Assembly (NCBI GenBank): GCA_947165005.1
Contig: CAMUYN010000003.1
Location: 25,584 to 89,583, forward strand
Reading direction: 5' to 3'
DNA: 64,000 nt
Origin: an uncultured Bacillota bacterium
Lineage (GTDB): Bacteria; Bacillota_I; Bacilli_A; RF39; UBA660
Under the pieces are notes generated by a model, which was given only the letters and a program-made list of their open reading frames with translations, was not told the origin of the DNA and did not search any database. Each line of letters opens with the position of its first letter. Within the stretch, counting starts at the first letter, position 1. Positions 61,794 through 64,000 of this stretch are shown piece by piece. The translations under genes and the position numbers were made by a program.

Positions 61794-62147
61794 CTATTTA
61801 AAGAAATAAGAAATAATTAAACTACCTATACTAAAAATCATTGGAATTACAATCCATGCTAAAGAAATAAGAATACTAATAATAAATCTTTTTTTACCTT
61901 TTTCTTTATTTTCCATTGTCTTATTGCTACCCATAGTACAAAGATAAATAATTGCCATAATTAAACCAATTGGTGGAAGTATACAGGATATTATTATACA
62001 CATACCTCCAATTGTTCCATAGTCCATTTGTGCTGCAGCATCCTTTTTTTCATCACCAGTAAGCACTATATCTTCTTTACCTTGTCCACAGTAAAGACAA
62101 TATTTTGTATCATCAGCAAGTTCCCTACCACATTTTCTACAATACAT
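61794..62147 (-). CDS. Zinc-ribbon (CxxC...CxxC) small membrane protein
   Basis: MYCRKCGRELADDTKYCLYCG followed by two TM helices. Confidence 0.5.
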   Translation of the reverse strand: MYCRKCGRELADDTKYCLYCGQGKEDIVLTGDEKKDAAAQMDYGTIGGMCIIISCILPPIGLIMAIIYLCTMGSNKTMENKEKGKKRFIISILISLAWIVIPMIFSIGSLIISYFFK

Positions 62148-62217
62148 AAAATCACCAAAAATATTATATCACAGTAACATTTTATATCAAAATAAATATT
62201 ATATTTTAGAGGCATTT

Positions 62218-62727
62218 ATGTTAGAGATAATATTATCTATCATTGGTGTAAGTATAGATGGTTTCTTTACTGGAAGTGCACTTGGTCTTAAAAACACTAA
62301 AATACCAATAAAAAAATTAATAGTTATATCATTAATACCCATATTAATGGCTTATCCAGTTATGTTTTTCGGATATAAAATATCCGATGTAATTACGAAT
62401 GACATAATTAAAATAATTGGTTTTATATTATTTTTAATTATGTCAATTAATTCGTTTGTTGAAATTAAAAAGGATAAAATCAAAGATATTAATTTATTAA
62501 ATATCATATCTATTGGTTTAAGTGTGGGACTTGATTCATCTGTCTGCGCATTTACATTAGCATTAGAAAAATCAAATCCTTTTATTACACCACTATATTT
62601 TGGAATATCACATTTTATTCTAATATGGCTCGGAAACACATTATTTAATAATAGGATAAATAACAGATATATAAAGTATTTAAGTCCAATAACATTTCTG
62701 ATACTTGCATTATTTAGATTATTTTAA
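62218..62727 (+). CDS. MntP/YtaF-like (DUF204) membrane protein
   Basis: Two half-repeats, each with a small-residue-rich helix (SIDGFFTGSALG / SVGLDSSVCAF); 169 aa. Confidence 0.45.
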   Translation: MLEIILSIIGVSIDGFFTGSALGLKNTKIPIKKLIVISLIPILMAYPVMFFGYKISDVITNDIIKIIGFILFLIMSINSFVEIKKDKIKDINLLNIISIGLSVGLDSSVCAFTLALEKSNPFITPLYFGISHFILIWLGNTLFNNRINNRYIKYLSPITFLILALFRLF

Positions 62728-62734
62728 AAGAGAG

Positions 62735-63235
62735 TTATAACTCTCTTTTTGCTTTTATAATAAATCTCTCTTGATTATTATTAGTACAAGTTATTAAATA
62801 TAGACTTTTATCTTCATTAAAATATGAGAAATCATCTACTTTAATCACCTTTTTATCTACAACCTTATAATTATAATCTGTTATAAAATTACTAATAATA
62901 ATCTGATCATCTATATTTAAATTATATATTTTATTAAAAACATACTTATTATTATGACCTGCTAGTATAACTCTATTACCATCTATTTTGTCAGAAAAAT
63001 TTGTTAATTCAACTAAGTTTTCATCTAACGATTCATCTCCTTCTTTAATCAAATTTTTATAATCAAATTTAGGAATATAGATAAACCCAGAATATATATT
63101 ATTAATATTATTATTTTCTATGACTTTTTCTACTTTTTTCTTCAGATTTATTTCTTTAGTTACAGGAATAAACAATATAAATAAAGAAACAATTAAGAAT
63201 ATCTTAACTAGTTTTCTTAATAAAGACATAACCAA
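62735..63235 (-). CDS. Sortase (membrane-anchored transpeptidase)
   Basis: N-terminal TM anchor, ILAGHNN catalytic His and LYLITCT catalytic Cys motif (TLxTC), conserved Arg near the C-terminus. Confidence 0.7.
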   Translation of the reverse strand: MVMSLLRKLVKIFLIVSLFILFIPVTKEINLKKKVEKVIENNNINNIYSGFIYIPKFDYKNLIKEGDESLDENLVELTNFSDKIDGNRVILAGHNNKYVFNKIYNLNIDDQIIISNFITDYNYKVVDKKVIKVDDFSYFNEDKSLYLITCTNNNQERFIIKAKREL

Positions 63236-64000
63236 TTACATTAAAAAACAATAATATAAAATATGAAAAATCATTTTCTTTTGAAGTTATAGGCATAATA
63301 ACTTTATCATTATTAAAAGTTATTTTTGATGAACATATATCATCACTAACTTCTAAATTAATTTCATTATCATTTAATTTATATCCGTTAGGAACACTAA
63401 CTTCTTTAATTATATAATTACCATATTCTAAATTAAATTTAGCTTCCCCATTTATTGTTGTTCCTTTATAAACTAGATTATTATTTAAATCATATACTTC
63501 AAAATCACTGTCTAATTTAATATCTCCAGAAATACTAAAAACAGATATTTCACATTTTATTTTTTTGTTTATTACATCCAATTCTTTAGTTATATACTCG
63601 ATTGTATCATCATAAGATAAATCTATCTCGTATATATTTTTATCTAGTTCATAGCCATAATTAGGACTTATTTCTTTAATATAATATTTTCCTAGAGGTA
63701 ATACTTTTGATGCAGTTTTAGTATTACTAGTATTAATTTCATCAACTAAGTTATTATTTGAATCATAGATATTAAATTTAACATTTTCAAGGTTTTCATT
63801 ATTTTCATTAATCTTATTTATTAATATCTTGCCCTCTTGTTTCTTATTAAAGAAATCTATTTCTTTAGATACATCATCCTTAGTAATAGTAAATTCTAAA
63901 CCATCATTTATTAAATAAGGATTTACTGTTTTAATTTCCTCAATTTTATATTTCCCTTCTTTTAGAGAAATATTTATTTTACCATCATCAAATTCTAATA
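63204..64000 (-). CDS. Cell-wall-sorted surface protein with CnaB-type repeats, 3' end only (5' end beyond window end); C-terminal sorting signal with non-canonical MPITS motif
   Basis: Reading frame open from 64000 to the stop at 63204. GKYYIKEISPNYGYELD- and NGYKLNDNEINLEV-type CnaB patterns. The C-terminus is ...VIMPITSKEND-FSYFILLFFNVIGYVFI-KKTS (motif, hydrophobic segment, basic tail). Overlaps the sortase gene. Confidence 0.65.
   Translation of the reverse strand, partial: LEFDDGKINISLKEGKYKIEEIKTVNPYLINDGLEFTITKDDVSKEIDFFNKKQEGKILINKINENNENLENVKFNIYDSNNNLVDEINTSNTKTASKVLPLGKYYIKEISPNYGYELDKNIYEIDLSYDDTIEYITKELDVINKKIKCEISVFSISGDIKLDSDFEVYDLNNNLVYKGTTINGEAKFNLEYGNYIIKEVSVPNGYKLNDNEINLEVSDDICSSKITFNNDKVIMPITSKENDFSYFILLFFNVIGYVFIKKTS

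Overview
The window is very AT-rich (roughly 25-30% GC) and looks like a spore-forming Clostridia-type Firmicute chromosome. Sporulation markers support this (a Cse60-like ORF, a possible sigma-K promoter), as do SipW/TasA-type proteins, a sortase, PFOR and T-box leaders. I found no rRNA, tRNA or CRISPR array.

Layout:
- 1-15523, minus strand: one uninterrupted reading frame of more than 5170 codons. It encodes a giant secreted surface protein and runs off the window start. Its domains are a signal peptide, a CnaB-like domain, at least 12 Listeria-Bacteroides (Flg_new) repeats in 480-bp tandem units, a LamG/ConA-like domain, two tandem ALK-type glycine-rich domains and a long parallel beta-helix region.
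- 15661-16677, plus strand: an orphan rmlB.
- 16694-20760, minus strand: a guanine deaminase with unknown-function genes, then a PnuC-family transporter gene downstream of a 348-aa unknown gene, behind a structured leader that contains an intrinsic terminator.
- 20968-26788: recG and a possible small RNA with several terminators. A TIR-domain, transmembrane, beta-propeller protein sits next to a NUDIX hydrolase and an S51 peptidase.
- 26818-34427: PFOR, TypA, a 196-bp MITE-like element with 28-bp terminal inverted repeats (a partial copy lies at 23184), and a GT4 glycosyltransferase.
- 34424-39657: four separately promoted TasA/camelysin-like paralogs, a SipW-type signal peptidase fused to a polytopic membrane domain, and an accessory membrane protein. 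A fifth paralog lies at 48755.
- 40200-48448: two T-box-controlled tyrS genes, and a third tyrS copy that is T-box-controlled but carries a TAA inside its HIGH motif. An unusual operon combines a TrpRS-like paralog, a TrpD-family phosphoribosyltransferase, a Zn-dependent dehydrogenase and a HAD phosphatase with tyrS.
- 49884-64000: housekeeping genes (trmB, scpAB, lysS, dusB), lipoproteins, sporulation-associated small ORFs, and a sortase next to the 3' end of a CnaB-repeat surface protein.

The most novel candidates are the TasA-like multi-paralog fibre locus with its fused SipW, the TIR/NUDIX/S51 cluster, the aaRS-paralog operon, and the PnuC leader.
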